64,000 nt of DNA. Origin: Blastocatellia bacterium. Lineage in GTDB: Bacteria > Acidobacteriota > Blastocatellia > RBC074. Shown piece by piece: positions 21,321-32,048 of this stretch. The stretch covers positions 32,656-96,655 of the forward strand of contig JAYVZE010000049.1 in the NCBI GenBank assembly GCA_043783625.1, given 5' to 3'. The notes beneath the pieces were generated by a model, which had not been told where the DNA came from, made no database searches, and worked only from the letters and a program-made list of their open reading frames with translations. Numbering within the stretch: position 1 is the first letter of the stretch; each line of letters starts with the position of its first letter. A program made the translations under genes and the position numbers.

Positions 21321-22481
21321 ATGCCGCAAATCAGACTTATTGTCCTTAAGTTAGTTGCTATATCCTTACTAACGCAATTATTTGCGGGAGTTCCTGTTTC
21401 GCCGCCAGACACTTCGGCGAAATCCAATCGAATCAATTTGATCCAGCTCAGTCAGCGGATTTCTGAACCCGGTGGATATTTCGGCTCTGATAATTTGGTC
21501 TCAAATGAACTTTCTTTACAGCACGTCATCCCGAAACTTAATCAAATGGGAGTGACGGGAGGTGTTTATCTGGGAGTCGGGCCGGATCAAAGTTTTACCT
21601 ATATTGCGGCAATCAAGCCGAGCAAAGCGTTCATGATTGACATTCGCCGTGATTGTTTATTGCATCATTTGTTATTGAAATCATTGTTTCAGTTGTCGCA
21701 TAACCGGATTGAATATTTGTCGCTGATGTTCGCTCGCCCAATCCCGCCGAAATCGAAAGAGTGGAATAAAAAGCCGCTCAAGGATTTGGTGGAATACATT
21801 GACCGCACGCCGTCTGATCCGAAGCTTTATGAAAAATATCGCGCTGAAATCAAGCCTTTGATAAATAGTTTTGGCTTTAATTTGTCTGAGCGTGAACAAG
21901 AGGCGTTGGAAAAAATTCATCGGGCGTTTTATCAATCAGGGATGGAAACACGCTACGTCATCCGGGATCGTCCGATGCCCTCGAACCGGTACTTTCCCAG
22001 TTATCGCAGCATCCTGCTGGAAACTGATCTCAACAACGAACAGCGAAATTATTTAGCGACGGAAGACAGCTATCAGGTTTTGAAAAAAATGCAGGATGAA
22101 AACCGCATCATTCCGGTGACGGGAGATTTATCCGGCGAGCATGCCGTCAAGGAAATTGGAAAATATCTGAAAGAAACAGGCGAAAAAGTTTCAGCGTTTT
22201 ATGTTTCGAATGTTGAATTTTATTTGTGGCGGCAAAGTGGGAGTTTTGATCGCTTCGTCACCAATCTGAAAAGCCTGCCAATTGACGAAAAAAGCGTGAT
22301 TATCCGCAGCTATTTCAACTATGCCTATTACGCCTATCAGCATCCACTAACGATTGAAAATCACTTCAGTGTGCAGTTACTACAAACGATTGACAGCGTC
22401 ATCAAAGATTCTGATTCCAGCACGAATAATTATAATTCGTACTATGACTTAGTGACGCGTCACGTCATTGATTATAAGTAA
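21321..22481 (+). CDS. Hypothetical secreted protein (possible methyltransferase-like fold)
   Basis: Signal peptide; [36 protein letters not shown]; AGGAG RBS. Confidence 0.7.
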   Translation: MPQIRLIVLKLVAISLLTQLFAGVPVSPPDTSAKSNRINLIQLSQRISEPGGYFGSDNLVSNELSLQHVIPKLNQMGVTGGVYLGVGPDQSFTYIAAIKPSKAFMIDIRRDCLLHHLLLKSLFQLSHNRIEYLSLMFARPIPPKSKEWNKKPLKDLVEYIDRTPSDPKLYEKYRAEIKPLINSFGFNLSEREQEALEKIHRAFYQSGMETRYVIRDRPMPSNRYFPSYRSILLETDLNNEQRNYLATEDSYQVLKKMQDENRIIPVTGDLSGEHAVKEIGKYLKETGEKVSAFYVSNVEFYLWRQSGSFDRFVTNLKSLPIDEKSVIIRSYFNYAYYAYQHPLTIENHFSVQLLQTIDSVIKDSDSSTNNYNSYYDLVTRHVIDYK

Positions 22482-22585
22482 TGCAGATGGAATTAACCTC
22501 GCAGCACCACTGACAACTGATAAAACGTCGTGGTATAGTACCGCGCTTACGTCCTTCAATTCATTTATTTCTGAGGTAAACAAAC

Positions 22586-23329
22586 ATGTCCGGGCACTCA
22601 AAATGGCACACTATTAAGCACAAAAAAGGCGCGCTCGATGCCAAGCGCGGAAAAGTTTTTACCAAATTGATTAAGGAAATTTCGGTCGCGGCACGTACCG
22701 GCGGCAGCGGTGACATCGCCCTGAATGCGCGATTACGCAAAGCCGTGACTGATGCGAAAGCTGAAAACATGCCGAACGAGACGATTGATCGTGCCGTGAA
22801 GCGCGGCACTGGCGAACTCGAGGGCGTGAATTATGATGAAATCACGTATGAAGGCTACGGCCCCGCCGGAGTTGCCGTCATTATCGAAACGATGACTGAC
22901 AATCGTAATCGGACGGTCGCAGAAATTCGTCATGCTTTCTCGAAAAATGGCGGCAATATGGGTGAATCAAATTCCGTTGCCTGGATGTTTGACCGCAAAG
23001 GTCAAATCATCATTGATGCTGCCGCGAAAAGTGAAGATGAGGTCATGGAAATCGCTCTGAATGCTGGCGCGGAAGACATGCAACCGGATTCTGACAGCTA
23101 CGAAATTTTAACTGCGCCGGAAGATTTTGATGCCGTGCTGGAAGCTGTTAAGAAGGCAGGACTGGAACCACTTTCGGCTGAAATTTCGATGATTCCGCAA
23201 AATTATATCAAGCTCGAAGGCAAAGATGCGCAGCAAATGCTCAAGCTGTATGAAACGCTCGACGATCACGAAGATGTCCAAAACGTCTACGCCAATTTCG
23301 ACATTGATGAAGAAACCATGGGGGCTTAA
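22586..23329 (+). CDS. yebC: YebC/PmpR family protein
   Basis: [38 protein letters not shown]. Confidence 0.97.
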   Translation: MSGHSKWHTIKHKKGALDAKRGKVFTKLIKEISVAARTGGSGDIALNARLRKAVTDAKAENMPNETIDRAVKRGTGELEGVNYDEITYEGYGPAGVAVIIETMTDNRNRTVAEIRHAFSKNGGNMGESNSVAWMFDRKGQIIIDAAAKSEDEVMEIALNAGAEDMQPDSDSYEILTAPEDFDAVLEAVKKAGLEPLSAEISMIPQNYIKLEGKDAQQMLKLYETLDDHEDVQNVYANFDIDEETMGA

Positions 23330-23343
23330 GTTTCGAGAAAATC

Positions 23344-23418
23344 AGTTTCGAGTCTCTGGTTTTGAGTTTCGAGGAATCGAACAAGAACCTCGAAACTCAA
23401 AACCCGAAACTCAAAACT
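23344..23418. repeat. Heptamer-repeat palindrome (GTTTCGA / TCGAAAC family)
   Basis: AGTTTCGAGTCTCTGGTTTTGAGTTTCGAGG ... CCTCGAAACTCAAAACCCGAAACTCAAAACT. Confidence 0.85.
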
Positions 23419-23421
23419 ATA

Positions 23422-24126
23422 ATGAAGAAGCGTGGAGCCGAAACAGGGAGCGGATTTCAGGATGCGATTAATCGCACGAATGAGGCTTATGAAAAGCTGG
23501 GTCGCGCCTGTATTACGCGCAAAGCGATTCCCGGAAAATATTTGGTTGATCGCGGAGAAGCGCGGCGCGGTTTATCATTTCCTTCGATGAATCTTTCGGC
23601 ACCTGGCACGCAAGCGCGACTCAGCTCAGCCAATCTCAAAGGTATCGTCAAAGAAAGTAAGGCGACGAACTGGCGCAAATTTATCCCTGAATCAAAAGCG
23701 GAACCCGATTATGGCGGAGCGTTGGCTCCTGATGGGCGCGCTATTTTTTATGATGCCAAGACCACGCGCCGCGAGCTTTTAGATTTCGATAATTTACACG
23801 CCCATCAAATTGAATTTTTGGAAAGAGCCGCCAAAGTCGGAGCCGTTGCCGGATTTCTGGTTGAGTTCAACGCTCACCAAGAAGTCTATTTTCTTCCTAT
23901 TCAAATCGTCGCCATGTGGCGCGATCAGGCAACCCGCAAAAGTATTCCCTACAATTTTTTTGTTGAGCATCTGACGCTTGCGCCGTCCGGGAAAGGTTTC
24001 ATCATGTTTGATTATTTAGCTGCAATTGAAACACAGGAAAATCGTTATGGCATTGGTTATTCAAATTTTTTATGGCAGGAATCCGCGACTAAAATTACCC
24101 GCCGTATACGCATTGCCAGACCTTAA
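23422..24126 (+). CDS. recU: RecU-like Holliday junction resolvase (PD-(D/E)XK)
   Basis: G-SGFQDAINRTNEAY, PDYGG, FYDAKTT, NLHAHQIEFL, GFLVEF, EVYFLP resemble RecU motifs. Confidence 0.75.
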   Translation: MKKRGAETGSGFQDAINRTNEAYEKLGRACITRKAIPGKYLVDRGEARRGLSFPSMNLSAPGTQARLSSANLKGIVKESKATNWRKFIPESKAEPDYGGALAPDGRAIFYDAKTTRRELLDFDNLHAHQIEFLERAAKVGAVAGFLVEFNAHQEVYFLPIQIVAMWRDQATRKSIPYNFFVEHLTLAPSGKGFIMFDYLAAIETQENRYGIGYSNFLWQESATKITRRIRIARP

Positions 24127-24192
24127 AAAATTAACACGGAATTAACTTTAATTTAAGCTCACGATGAGCCTTTCGTCTTACTCTGAAAAGCT

Positions 24193-24894
24193 ATGAAACC
24201 GCATATCTTAATTATTGAAGACGATCCCGATATTGCCGAAAGTATTCGGTACAACATCGAACGCGTTGGAAATTGTACGGCTGAAATCGCCTTGACCGGA
24301 GAAATCGGACTGACAATTGTGCAGCGTGAATCCAATGTTGCACTTGTCATTCTGGATTTACATTTGCCGGGAATTAATGGCTTTGAGCTGTGTCGCCGTA
24401 TTCGTCAGGATGAAGCTTTGAAAAAATTGCCGATCATTATGCTGACGGCGATGGCGAACGAAAATGATAAGGTTCAGGGCTTGGAAGCTGGCGCCGATGA
24501 TTACATCACGAAGCCTTTCAGCATCCGCGAATTAGTTGCCCGAATGCGCGCTGCACTGCGCCGTGCCGGATACGAAGAGGAAGAAAAAGAATCCTTCGAT
24601 GACGGAGAATTGAAAATTGATTATGCTGGATTTACGGTGAATTGCAGTGGCAAAGAAATCAAACTCACCCGTAAGGAATTTGCCTTGCTGGCACTCTTAA
24701 CCCGCAATCAGGGACGAGTACTTCCGCGTGAAAGATTGCTGGATCATGTTTGGGGATTAGCTTATTACGGTGAAGCACGGACGCTTGATGTTCATATGAG
24801 TGGACTGCGTCGTAAGCTCGGCGAAAGCGGAGAAAGCATCGAAACTGTGATTGGCATTGGCTATCGTTTTCGCAGCAAAGATTCATCCGCGTAA
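24193..24894 (+). CDS. OmpR/PhoB-family response regulator (no cognate kinase adjacent)
   Basis: ILIIEDD, LDLHLPGING, GADDYITKPF, RTLDVH, ETVIGIGYRF. Confidence 0.95.
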   Translation: MKPHILIIEDDPDIAESIRYNIERVGNCTAEIALTGEIGLTIVQRESNVALVILDLHLPGINGFELCRRIRQDEALKKLPIIMLTAMANENDKVQGLEAGADDYITKPFSIRELVARMRAALRRAGYEEEEKESFDDGELKIDYAGFTVNCSGKEIKLTRKEFALLALLTRNQGRVLPRERLLDHVWGLAYYGEARTLDVHMSGLRRKLGESGESIETVIGIGYRFRSKDSSA

Positions 24895-24990
24895 ACATTT
24901 CACTCAGCCAAAGATAAAATCTCACCTTGTCTTCTGAAAAGATGTACAATAATTCACCCGCCCCGTTCATCGAATCCGAGGTGAAAAACT

Positions 24991-26154
24991 ATGTCTGTCC
25001 AACGTCACGATTGGTCGCTTCAGCGCAAGGGAATTATAGATCAGGAGCGTCATCAGGAGCGCGTCAAAGATGCGATCAAGAAAAATCTCGGCTCCATTGT
25101 TTCCAACGAATCCATTATTTTGTCGAATGGGCGCAAGAAGGTGAAAATCCCGATGCGGGCATTGGACGAATATAAATTCCGCTTCGATCACACCAAACGA
25201 AAACACGTTGGTCAGGGCGACGGAAAAACGAAAGTTGGAGATGTCATCGGACGCGAAAACCAGCCCGGACAACAGGGCAGCGGACAGGGCGAAGCGGGCA
25301 ATGAAGGCGGACAGGATTTTTATGAAACGGAAGTCAATATTGATGAAATCGCCGCTTTGATTTTTGAAGATTTGCAGCTCCCATTTCTGGAAGAAAAAGC
25401 GCAAAAAGCTGTTCCCGCCCGCACGACAAAATTCACCGAAATCCGTCGTGTCGGAGCGATGTCTAATCTCGATAAGCGGCGTTCGATGCTGGAAAATATT
25501 CGTCGTAATGCGCGTGAACACGGACGTGCCAAAGTTGGTGGCTTCAAAAAAGATGATCTGCGTTTTAAGAGCTGGGAAGAGGATGTGCGCTTCGAATCCA
25601 ACGCTGCCATTATTGCGATGATGGACGTTTCAGGCTCCATGAGCGAATTCAAAAAATACATTGCCCGGAGCTTCTTTTTCTGGATGGTTCGCTTTTTGAG
25701 AACCAAATACGATCAAGTCAAAATCGTTTTTATCAGCCATCACACCGAAGCCAAAGAAGTGACCGAAGAACAATTTTTCACACAAGGTGAATCCGGTGGT
25801 ACGGTCGTTAGCTCTGCCTATAAATTGGCTCTCGACATCATTGACGAACGCTTCCCGACGCGTGATTGGAATGTCTATCCGTTTCATTTTTCGGATGGCG
25901 ATAATTATTACTCCGATAACGATGAAGCCGTTGGATTGGCGGATAAATTAATTGAGCGATGTAATTTATTTGGCTACGGCGAAATCGGTGAAGAAGGCGG
26001 CGGAATGTATCGCCGCAGCTCCGGCGCATTGCTGTCAATTTTTACAGATCGAATCAAAAAACAGGCGCGATTTATTGGCGTAAAAATTGACGAAAAAGAA
26101 GATGTGTATCCGGCGCTGAAAAAGTTTTTTGGCAAACAGGAAACTGAGGCTTAA
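24991..26154 (+). CDS. YeaH/YhbH (DUF444) family vWA-like protein
   Basis: HDWSLQRKG, MMDVSGSM, FISHHTEAKEV, ESGGTVVSSAY, HFSDGDN. Confidence 0.9.
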   Translation: MSVQRHDWSLQRKGIIDQERHQERVKDAIKKNLGSIVSNESIILSNGRKKVKIPMRALDEYKFRFDHTKRKHVGQGDGKTKVGDVIGRENQPGQQGSGQGEAGNEGGQDFYETEVNIDEIAALIFEDLQLPFLEEKAQKAVPARTTKFTEIRRVGAMSNLDKRRSMLENIRRNAREHGRAKVGGFKKDDLRFKSWEEDVRFESNAAIIAMMDVSGSMSEFKKYIARSFFFWMVRFLRTKYDQVKIVFISHHTEAKEVTEEQFFTQGESGGTVVSSAYKLALDIIDERFPTRDWNVYPFHFSDGDNYYSDNDEAVGLADKLIERCNLFGYGEIGEEGGGMYRRSSGALLSIFTDRIKKQARFIGVKIDEKEDVYPALKKFFGKQETEA

Positions 26155-26214
26155 ATTTTTGCTTTCAAATTTGCCACACGCATAACTTTCAGGTACAAAT
26201 AATACCTTAAAATT

Positions 26215-26895
26215 ATGCAACCAATTGTACAAATTTCTCTTGATCTCACTGACATTAACGAAGCCATCGAAACCGCCCGCATCGCACTCGAAGCAGGCGT
26301 AGACTGGCTCGAAGCTGGCACGCCGCTGATTCTTGCTGAGGGTTTGCACGGCGTTCGTGCGCTCCGCAAAGAATTTCCTGACACGCCTATCGTTGCTGAT
26401 TTAAAAACGATGGATGGTGGTTATCTCGAAGCCGAAATGATGGCAAAAGCTGGTGCTACGCACGTCGTTGTGATGGCGCGTGCGCATGCTGAAACCATCA
26501 AATGCGTCGTCAAAGCCGGACGCGATTTCGGCGTCAAAGTCATGGGCGATAATATGGTGTTTGATGACAAAGCCGCTGCCAGTCGAATGCTGGAAGATTT
26601 AGGCTGCGATTATATCGTGCATCACACGGGCTTCGACGAACGCAACGGAATTTTTGCGGACACTGGCAAAATGCTCAGTCCGCTAGATGATCTCGACGCC
26701 GTAGTCAAAGCTGTCAGCATTCCCGTCCAGGCGGTCGGCGGACTTACCATTGAACAGGCGATTTCAATGCCGAAGCGCGGCGCACCACTCGTAGTCATCG
26801 GCGCACCGCTCGCCATTGACGCGCATTCGTTCAGCGTCGCCAGTAATGATCTGAAAACAGTTTTGATGGAAATTACCCGGAGGATTAGAGAGTAA
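26215..26895 (+). CDS. 3-hexulose-6-phosphate synthase / KGPDC (OMP decarboxylase-like) family protein
   Basis: QISLDL, WLEAGTPL, VADLKTMDGG, AVGGL. Confidence 0.85.
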   Translation: MQPIVQISLDLTDINEAIETARIALEAGVDWLEAGTPLILAEGLHGVRALRKEFPDTPIVADLKTMDGGYLEAEMMAKAGATHVVVMARAHAETIKCVVKAGRDFGVKVMGDNMVFDDKAAASRMLEDLGCDYIVHHTGFDERNGIFADTGKMLSPLDDLDAVVKAVSIPVQAVGGLTIEQAISMPKRGAPLVVIGAPLAIDAHSFSVASNDLKTVLMEITRRIRE

Positions 26896-26951
26896 CCACG
26901 AGAGGCGTAGAAGGCACAAAACCTTTGCGCTTTCTGTGCTTTTTGCGGTTA
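26893..26951. repeat. Short imperfect palindromic element
   Basis: TAACCACGAGAGGCGTAGAAGGCACAAA ... TTTGCGCTTTCTGTGCTTTTTGCGGTTA. Confidence 0.7.
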
Positions 26952-26965
26952 TTCCTTTTTGTTTT

Positions 26966-28015
26966 ATGGCAAACTCAATGGCAGCAGTCGTGCAATACGA
27001 CTTAATACCCGGTTCCGTCGAAGTCCGCGAATTACCAATTCCTGAAATTGGCGAAGACGAAGTTCTCTTACGCGTTGGCGGCGTCAGCGTTTGCGGTAGC
27101 GACGTACATCAATACCACGGTTCGCAAAGCTGGGCGGTGAATACGCCGGTAGTGCTAGGTCACGAGTTTGGTGGGACTATTGCGGCAATCGGCAAGCGCG
27201 TGAAAAATTTCAAAGAAGGCGACCGCGTAGTTTCTGAAACCGCATCGTACATCTGCGGCAAATGCATGATGTGCCGTACGGGTGATTATAATTTATGCCC
27301 TGAGCGCAAAGGTTTCGGCTACGGCATCAACGGCGGCATGGCGGATTATGTAAGTGTGCCGGAACGTTGCCTGCATCGCATTCCTGACACGTTGCCGTTT
27401 GAAAGAGCTGCGTTGACGGAGCCGTGCTGCGTGGGCTACAACGCAGTTGCGGTCAAGAGCAACGTCAAACCTGGCGATATAGTTGTCGTGCTTGGCCCCG
27501 GTCCCATTGGTTTGTTGTGCGCAGAAATGGCGCGCTTGAACGGGGCAGGAACTTTGATTGTGACCGGAACTGCGCAGGACGAGTCGCGCTTAGCGGCGGC
27601 GCGTGAATTGGGCGTGACGCATACCGTCAATGTGCAGGAAACGGATTTGATTGAATTTGTGCGCAACCTTGGCGATGGACTCGGAGCCGATTTAGTAGTT
27701 GATGCCGCCGGCTCTTCGGCTGCGCTGAAACAAGCCCTCGAAATTGTGCGTCCCGGCGGACAAATTACGAAAGTAGGCTGGGGGCCGCAACCGTTGAATT
27801 TCTCACTTGATCCACTTGTGCAAAAAGCTGTGACTTTGCAAGGCAGTTTTAGCCATACGTTCCGTAATTGGGAAAAAGTCGTCGCAATATTGGACGCGAA
27901 ACAAATCAATCTTGATCCCATCATTAGCCGGATTGCTTCGTTCACCGATTGGAAAGATTGTTTTGATGGAATGCACGCTGGAAAATATGTGAAGGCTGTT
28001 TTGCAGCCGCAATAA
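26966..28015 (+). CDS. Zinc-dependent alcohol/sugar-alcohol dehydrogenase (MDR)
   Basis: VCGSD, GHEFGG, CGKCMMC...C, GPGPIG. Confidence 0.93.
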   Translation: MANSMAAVVQYDLIPGSVEVRELPIPEIGEDEVLLRVGGVSVCGSDVHQYHGSQSWAVNTPVVLGHEFGGTIAAIGKRVKNFKEGDRVVSETASYICGKCMMCRTGDYNLCPERKGFGYGINGGMADYVSVPERCLHRIPDTLPFERAALTEPCCVGYNAVAVKSNVKPGDIVVVLGPGPIGLLCAEMARLNGAGTLIVTGTAQDESRLAAARELGVTHTVNVQETDLIEFVRNLGDGLGADLVVDAAGSSAALKQALEIVRPGGQITKVGWGPQPLNFSLDPLVQKAVTLQGSFSHTFRNWEKVVAILDAKQINLDPIISRIASFTDWKDCFDGMHAGKYVKAVLQPQ

Positions 28016-28073
28016 TAAATTTGGAGGATTGCTTGTGTTAAGCCTAAGGTCTCTGCGAGAAGTTGGTGATGCA

Positions 28074-28271
28074 ATGGAACGCGAAGAAGTATATCTTCAG
28101 AAAGAGGAAACTCTTGAGCAGCGGGTCACTACCTTTCTTAGTCTGTATCGGGCATCGTTCCCCTTTTTTGCTGAAACGAAAGACCTTTTTTTGCCTGAGC
28201 GCGAGCAACATTTGGTGCAGTTGCAATCCAGACTACAAAAGCTCGACGAGTGGCGACGAAACCAGACATGA
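28074..28271 (+). CDS. Small hypothetical protein (putative antitoxin-like partner)
   Basis: Stop overlaps next ATG (ATGA); start may be GTG 28035 after GGAGG. Confidence 0.55.
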   Translation: MEREEVYLQKEETLEQRVTTFLSLYRASFPFFAETKDLFLPEREQHLVQLQSRLQKLDEWRRNQT

Positions 28272-28855
28272 ACTCAAATCAGAACCCATTTCAAACAGCG
28301 GCTCTTTTTCAGCGAGCCTTACAGGATGGCGGAATTGAATCGGTCGTGATTGGTGGTTTGGCAGTTACTATTTGGGGCGAGCCACGTGCGACAAAAGATG
28401 CTGATATTCGAGTTCACTTACAACGTGAGGAAGCCGAAAAATTGCTTGCCGCGCTTCCATTCAATTTAACTTTTCCGGGGTTGACTTCTAATGAAACCCC
28501 AGTCGAAAAGCTCAAGCGGTATGGCTTTCTCTTCACAGCAACAGAAGCGCAGGATCGCGTAGATCTCATGCTGGCAGACACTGCATTTGATGTAGCTGTA
28601 GTTGAGCGCGGTAAGCTGTATGAAATCCCTGTCTCGAATGTTCAAATCAGAGTCTGCACGCCAGAAGACCTAATTATTTACAAGCTGGTTTCTACCAGAC
28701 CACGAGATCAATCAGATGCAATGAGTGTTGTGAAAAAGCAAATTAAAAACTTGGATCACACGTATATTGAAGACTGGTTGCGCCAATTTGAAATGGCTCT
28801 GGATGATTCAACGCTTGTGAATGCTTATAGGAAGATGGTTACTGGATATAGTTAA
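28268..28855 (+). CDS. Nucleotidyltransferase-fold protein (AbiEii/DUF6036-like)
   Basis: VIGGLAV..WGEPRATKDAD, PEDLIIYKL..RPRDQSD. Confidence 0.8.
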   Translation: MNSNQNPFQTAALFQRALQDGGIESVVIGGLAVTIWGEPRATKDADIRVHLQREEAEKLLAALPFNLTFPGLTSNETPVEKLKRYGFLFTATEAQDRVDLMLADTAFDVAVVERGKLYEIPVSNVQIRVCTPEDLIIYKLVSTRPRDQSDAMSVVKKQIKNLDHTYIEDWLRQFEMALDDSTLVNAYRKMVTGYS

Positions 28856-28865
28856 AAAAGTCGTT

Positions 28866-29744
28866 ATGCCTAAATTAAGTGCTTTCCCGAAATGTTACAT
28901 GGATGATTTGTGTGTCACGAAAACGATGACGCTCTTTGATTGGATTGATCTCGCGGCTACGCTGGGCGTGGACGGTGTGGAAATGTATCCCGGATTTTTT
29001 GCGAGCTTTGACACTGATTATGTGACGAAGATCAAGCAGCACGCTGACTCTAAGGGCTTGGCAATTCCGATGATGTGTTGCTCACCGGATTTTACGCAGC
29101 ACGATTCCGCCGCACGCGCTGAAGAACTCGAAAAAGAAAAATTCTGGATTGATTTGACGGCGCAGCTCGGCGGAAAATTCTGTCGTGTCTTGACAGGCCA
29201 ACGCCGCGAAGATGTTTCTCGCGCAGATGGAGTCTGCTATTCCCTCGAAGGAATTAACGCTGCAATTCCGTACGCTGCCGAACGCGGAATCGTCTTGAAT
29301 ATGGAAAACCATTACAAAGACGGCTACTGGAAATACCCCGAATTTGCGCAGCATTTGGATGTATTTCTCGAAATCATTAACCAGATTGATTCGCCGTGGT
29401 TCGGCGTGAATTTTGATCCATCGAATTCAATTATTTGTGGTGAAGACCCGCTGGATGTTCTTGCCGCCGTCAAGCATCGTGTAGTCTCCATGCACGCCTC
29501 AGACCGCTATTTAATCAGCGGTACGATTGAAGATTTGAAATCACAAGATGGCTCGCTGGGCTATGCAAAAAACTTACGACATGGTGTAATCGGGCAAGGG
29601 CTAAATGATTACGACGCAATTTTTTCGACGCTCAAAGGCGAAGGCTTTGATGGCTGGATTTCAATCGAAGACGGCGAAAACGGGATGGATGAATTGCGAG
29701 AATCCGTACAATTTTTACGCAAGAAAATTGCGCAACATTTTTAA
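28866..29744 (+). CDS. Sugar phosphate isomerase/epimerase (TIM barrel)
   Basis: DGVEMY, NMENH, VNFDPSN, MHASD, WISIE metal ligands. Confidence 0.88.
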   Translation: MPKLSAFPKCYMDDLCVTKTMTLFDWIDLAATLGVDGVEMYPGFFASFDTDYVTKIKQHADSKGLAIPMMCCSPDFTQHDSAARAEELEKEKFWIDLTAQLGGKFCRVLTGQRREDVSRADGVCYSLEGINAAIPYAAERGIVLNMENHYKDGYWKYPEFAQHLDVFLEIINQIDSPWFGVNFDPSNSIICGEDPLDVLAAVKHRVVSMHASDRYLISGTIEDLKSQDGSLGYAKNLRHGVIGQGLNDYDAIFSTLKGEGFDGWISIEDGENGMDELRESVQFLRKKIAQHF

Positions 29745-29783
29745 TATTTACGACAGGCGTCTCGCCTACCCTACTTTAAAACT

Positions 29784-30560
29784 ATGAATCGTTTACAAAA
29801 TAAAATTGCAGTTATCACCGCCTCTACCGCCGGAATGGGCGAAGGCATTGCTCGATTATTCGCCAGCGAAGGTGCGAGCGTAGTCATTTCCGGTCGTAAC
29901 GAAAAAAATGGTCAGGCCATTGTCGAAAGCATTATGGCTGATGGAGGACAAGCTACTTTCCAACGAGCAGACGTGACCAACGAAGCCGAATGTCGCGCTT
30001 TGGTGGATCGTGCTGTCGAAGTGTATGGAAAAGTAGATGTGCTGGTCAACAATGCAGGCGACAGTACCCGCTGCACCATCGAAGACACGACGGTTGAATT
30101 ATGGGATCACCTCTTTGCCGCCAACGTGCGAGGAGCTTTTATTTGTTCTCAGCAATTCGTCAAGCACAACATCGAGCGGCGTACCGGATCAATTGTGAAC
30201 ATCGGTTCTGTGAATGCCTACATCGGTGAACCGAAGCTAATGGCGTATTCATCGGCAAAAGGTGCATTGATGACCTTTACCAAAAACAACGCCAGCTATT
30301 TGACGAAATACCGCATTCGCGTAAATCAGCTCAATGTTGGTTGGACAGAAACCCCGAACGAACATGCCGTCAAAAAGCTGGAAGGCAAGGGAGATAACTG
30401 GTTAGAGGAAGCTGTGAAAACACGCCCGTTTGGACGTTTGTTATTGCCGTTAGATATTGCCTACGCCGCGATTTATTTCGCCAGCGATGAAAGCGAATGC
30501 ATTACCGGGTCAGTGCTTGATTTAGAACAAAATCCAGTGGGTGCTTCGCCGAATTTGTAG
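29784..30560 (+). CDS. SDR oxidoreductase
   Basis: TASTAGMG, NNAG, YSSAK. Confidence 0.92.
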   Translation: MNRLQNKIAVITASTAGMGEGIARLFASEGASVVISGRNEKNGQAIVESIMADGGQATFQRADVTNEAECRALVDRAVEVYGKVDVLVNNAGDSTRCTIEDTTVELWDHLFAANVRGAFICSQQFVKHNIERRTGSIVNIGSVNAYIGEPKLMAYSSAKGALMTFTKNNASYLTKYRIRVNQLNVGWTETPNEHAVKKLEGKGDNWLEEAVKTRPFGRLLLPLDIAYAAIYFASDESECITGSVLDLEQNPVGASPNL

Positions 30561-30579
30561 CTTTAAGCGGAATTCAATT

Positions 30580-30635
30580 AATGAGCGTCTATCAGCTTTC
30601 GTTTGCACTTTGCAGCGACTGATGAGACGCTCATT
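30580..30635. repeat. Intergenic inverted repeat, possible terminator
   Basis: AATGAGCGTCT-ATCAG ... CTGAT-GAGACGCTCATT followed by T-rich tract. Confidence 0.65.
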
Positions 30636-30659
30636 TTTATTTTGTTGATTAAATTATCT

Positions 30660-32036
30660 ATGAAACCAGCTTACTCAAAAATCGGCTTCGTCAGTCTCGG
30701 CTGTCCCAAAAATCTAGTGGATAGCGAAGTGATGATGGGGCAACTAAAATTGCACGGCTACGAATTGACGACTGACCGCGATGAAGCGGATGTGATGGTC
30801 GTCAATACTTGTGGCTTTATTGATTCTGCCAAGCAGGAATCTATTGACACGATTCTGGAAATGTCCGCGTTGAAGGACACGGGCAAGCTCAAACGCTTAG
30901 TCGTCGCGGGCTGCCTCGTCGAACGTTATCGCCAGGACTTGTTAAATCAATTGCCCGAAGTTGACGCCGTACTCGGAACCAGCGAAATCGAAAAAATTGT
31001 CGCGGCGGTTGATCCTGCTGCCGTAGCCAAACAGGACGCAGCATTCGTCGCGTCCAATAGTTGGATGACGCGTGGATTGCCGACGTATCTTTACGATGAA
31101 AATACGCCGCGTGTGCTGGCTACGCCGAAGCATTTTGCGTATGTGAAAATTGCGGAAGGCTGCGATCACACTTGTGCGTTTTGCGCGATTCCGCAAATGC
31201 GCGGTAATTATCGTTCGCGCCGCGCTGCTTCCATCATCAACGAAGCGCACCAACTCGCCGCGCAGGGCGTCAAAGAATTAGTGTTGATTTCGCAGGATTC
31301 TACGCAGTACGGTTTGGATTTAGGCTTGAAAGACGGTCTCGCAGATTTGCTGAAAGGTTTGGCGCAAGTGGACGGCATTGAATGGATTCGCATCATGTAC
31401 ACCTACCCGAATTCGCTGAGCGATGCGACGCTGGCGGTAATGGCGGAAGAGCCGAAGGTTTGTAATTATTTAGATATGCCGCTCCAGCACGCGAGCGCGA
31501 ATATGCTGAAGCGGATGCGACGCGGCGGCAATCGTGCGATGCTTGAAAAATTGCTTGGACGCGCCCGAAAATTCGTACCGGAAATTGCCTTGCGGACTAC
31601 GTTGATTGTCGGCTTCCCTGGCGAAACGGAAGAAGATTTTGAAGAGCTAATGCAATTCGTCAAAGACATCGAATTCGACCGCGTTGGCGTGTTCACTTAC
31701 TCTGATGAAGAAGGTACGCACGGTTTTGATTTGGATGGCAAAGTTCCCGTCAAAACAATGCGCTCACGCCGTGCCAAGCTGATGCGCGAACAGCAAAAAA
31801 TCTCCAAACGCAAAAACAAAGCGATGATCGGAAAGCAATTCCGCGCTTTGTTAGAAGGCGTTTCCGACGAAACAGAATTGTTATTGCAAGCCCGACTCGA
31901 AACACAAGCTCCCGAAGTTGACGGGCATATTTTGATTAATGATGTACCGGAAGATTTTGCTGGAAAGCCGGGAGATTTCATCAATATCGAAATCACGGAA
32001 GCGCACGATTATGATTTGATTGCACGAATTTTTTGA
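30660..32036 (+). CDS. rimO: Ribosomal protein S12 methylthiotransferase
   Basis: SLGCPKNLVDSE, NTCGFI, KIAEGCDHTCAFC, TRAM with APEVDG. Confidence 0.96.
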   Translation: MKPAYSKIGFVSLGCPKNLVDSEVMMGQLKLHGYELTTDRDEADVMVVNTCGFIDSAKQESIDTILEMSALKDTGKLKRLVVAGCLVERYRQDLLNQLPEVDAVLGTSEIEKIVAAVDPAAVAKQDAAFVASNSWMTRGLPTYLYDENTPRVLATPKHFAYVKIAEGCDHTCAFCAIPQMRGNYRSRRAASIINEAHQLAAQGVKELVLISQDSTQYGLDLGLKDGLADLLKGLAQVDGIEWIRIMYTYPNSLSDATLAVMAEEPKVCNYLDMPLQHASANMLKRMRRGGNRAMLEKLLGRARKFVPEIALRTTLIVGFPGETEEDFEELMQFVKDIEFDRVGVFTYSDEEGTHGFDLDGKVPVKTMRSRRAKLMREQQKISKRKNKAMIGKQFRALLEGVSDETELLLQARLETQAPEVDGHILINDVPEDFAGKPGDFINIEITEAHDYDLIARIF

Positions 32037-32048
32037 GGAGTAGCAGCC

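Noticed and set aside
28037-28057. GTTAAGCCTAAGGTCTCTGCG resembling the start of the isomerase gene at 28863 (second gene-start remnant)
   Set aside because: The match is short and the segment probably codes in another frame after a good RBS, so chance cannot be excluded.
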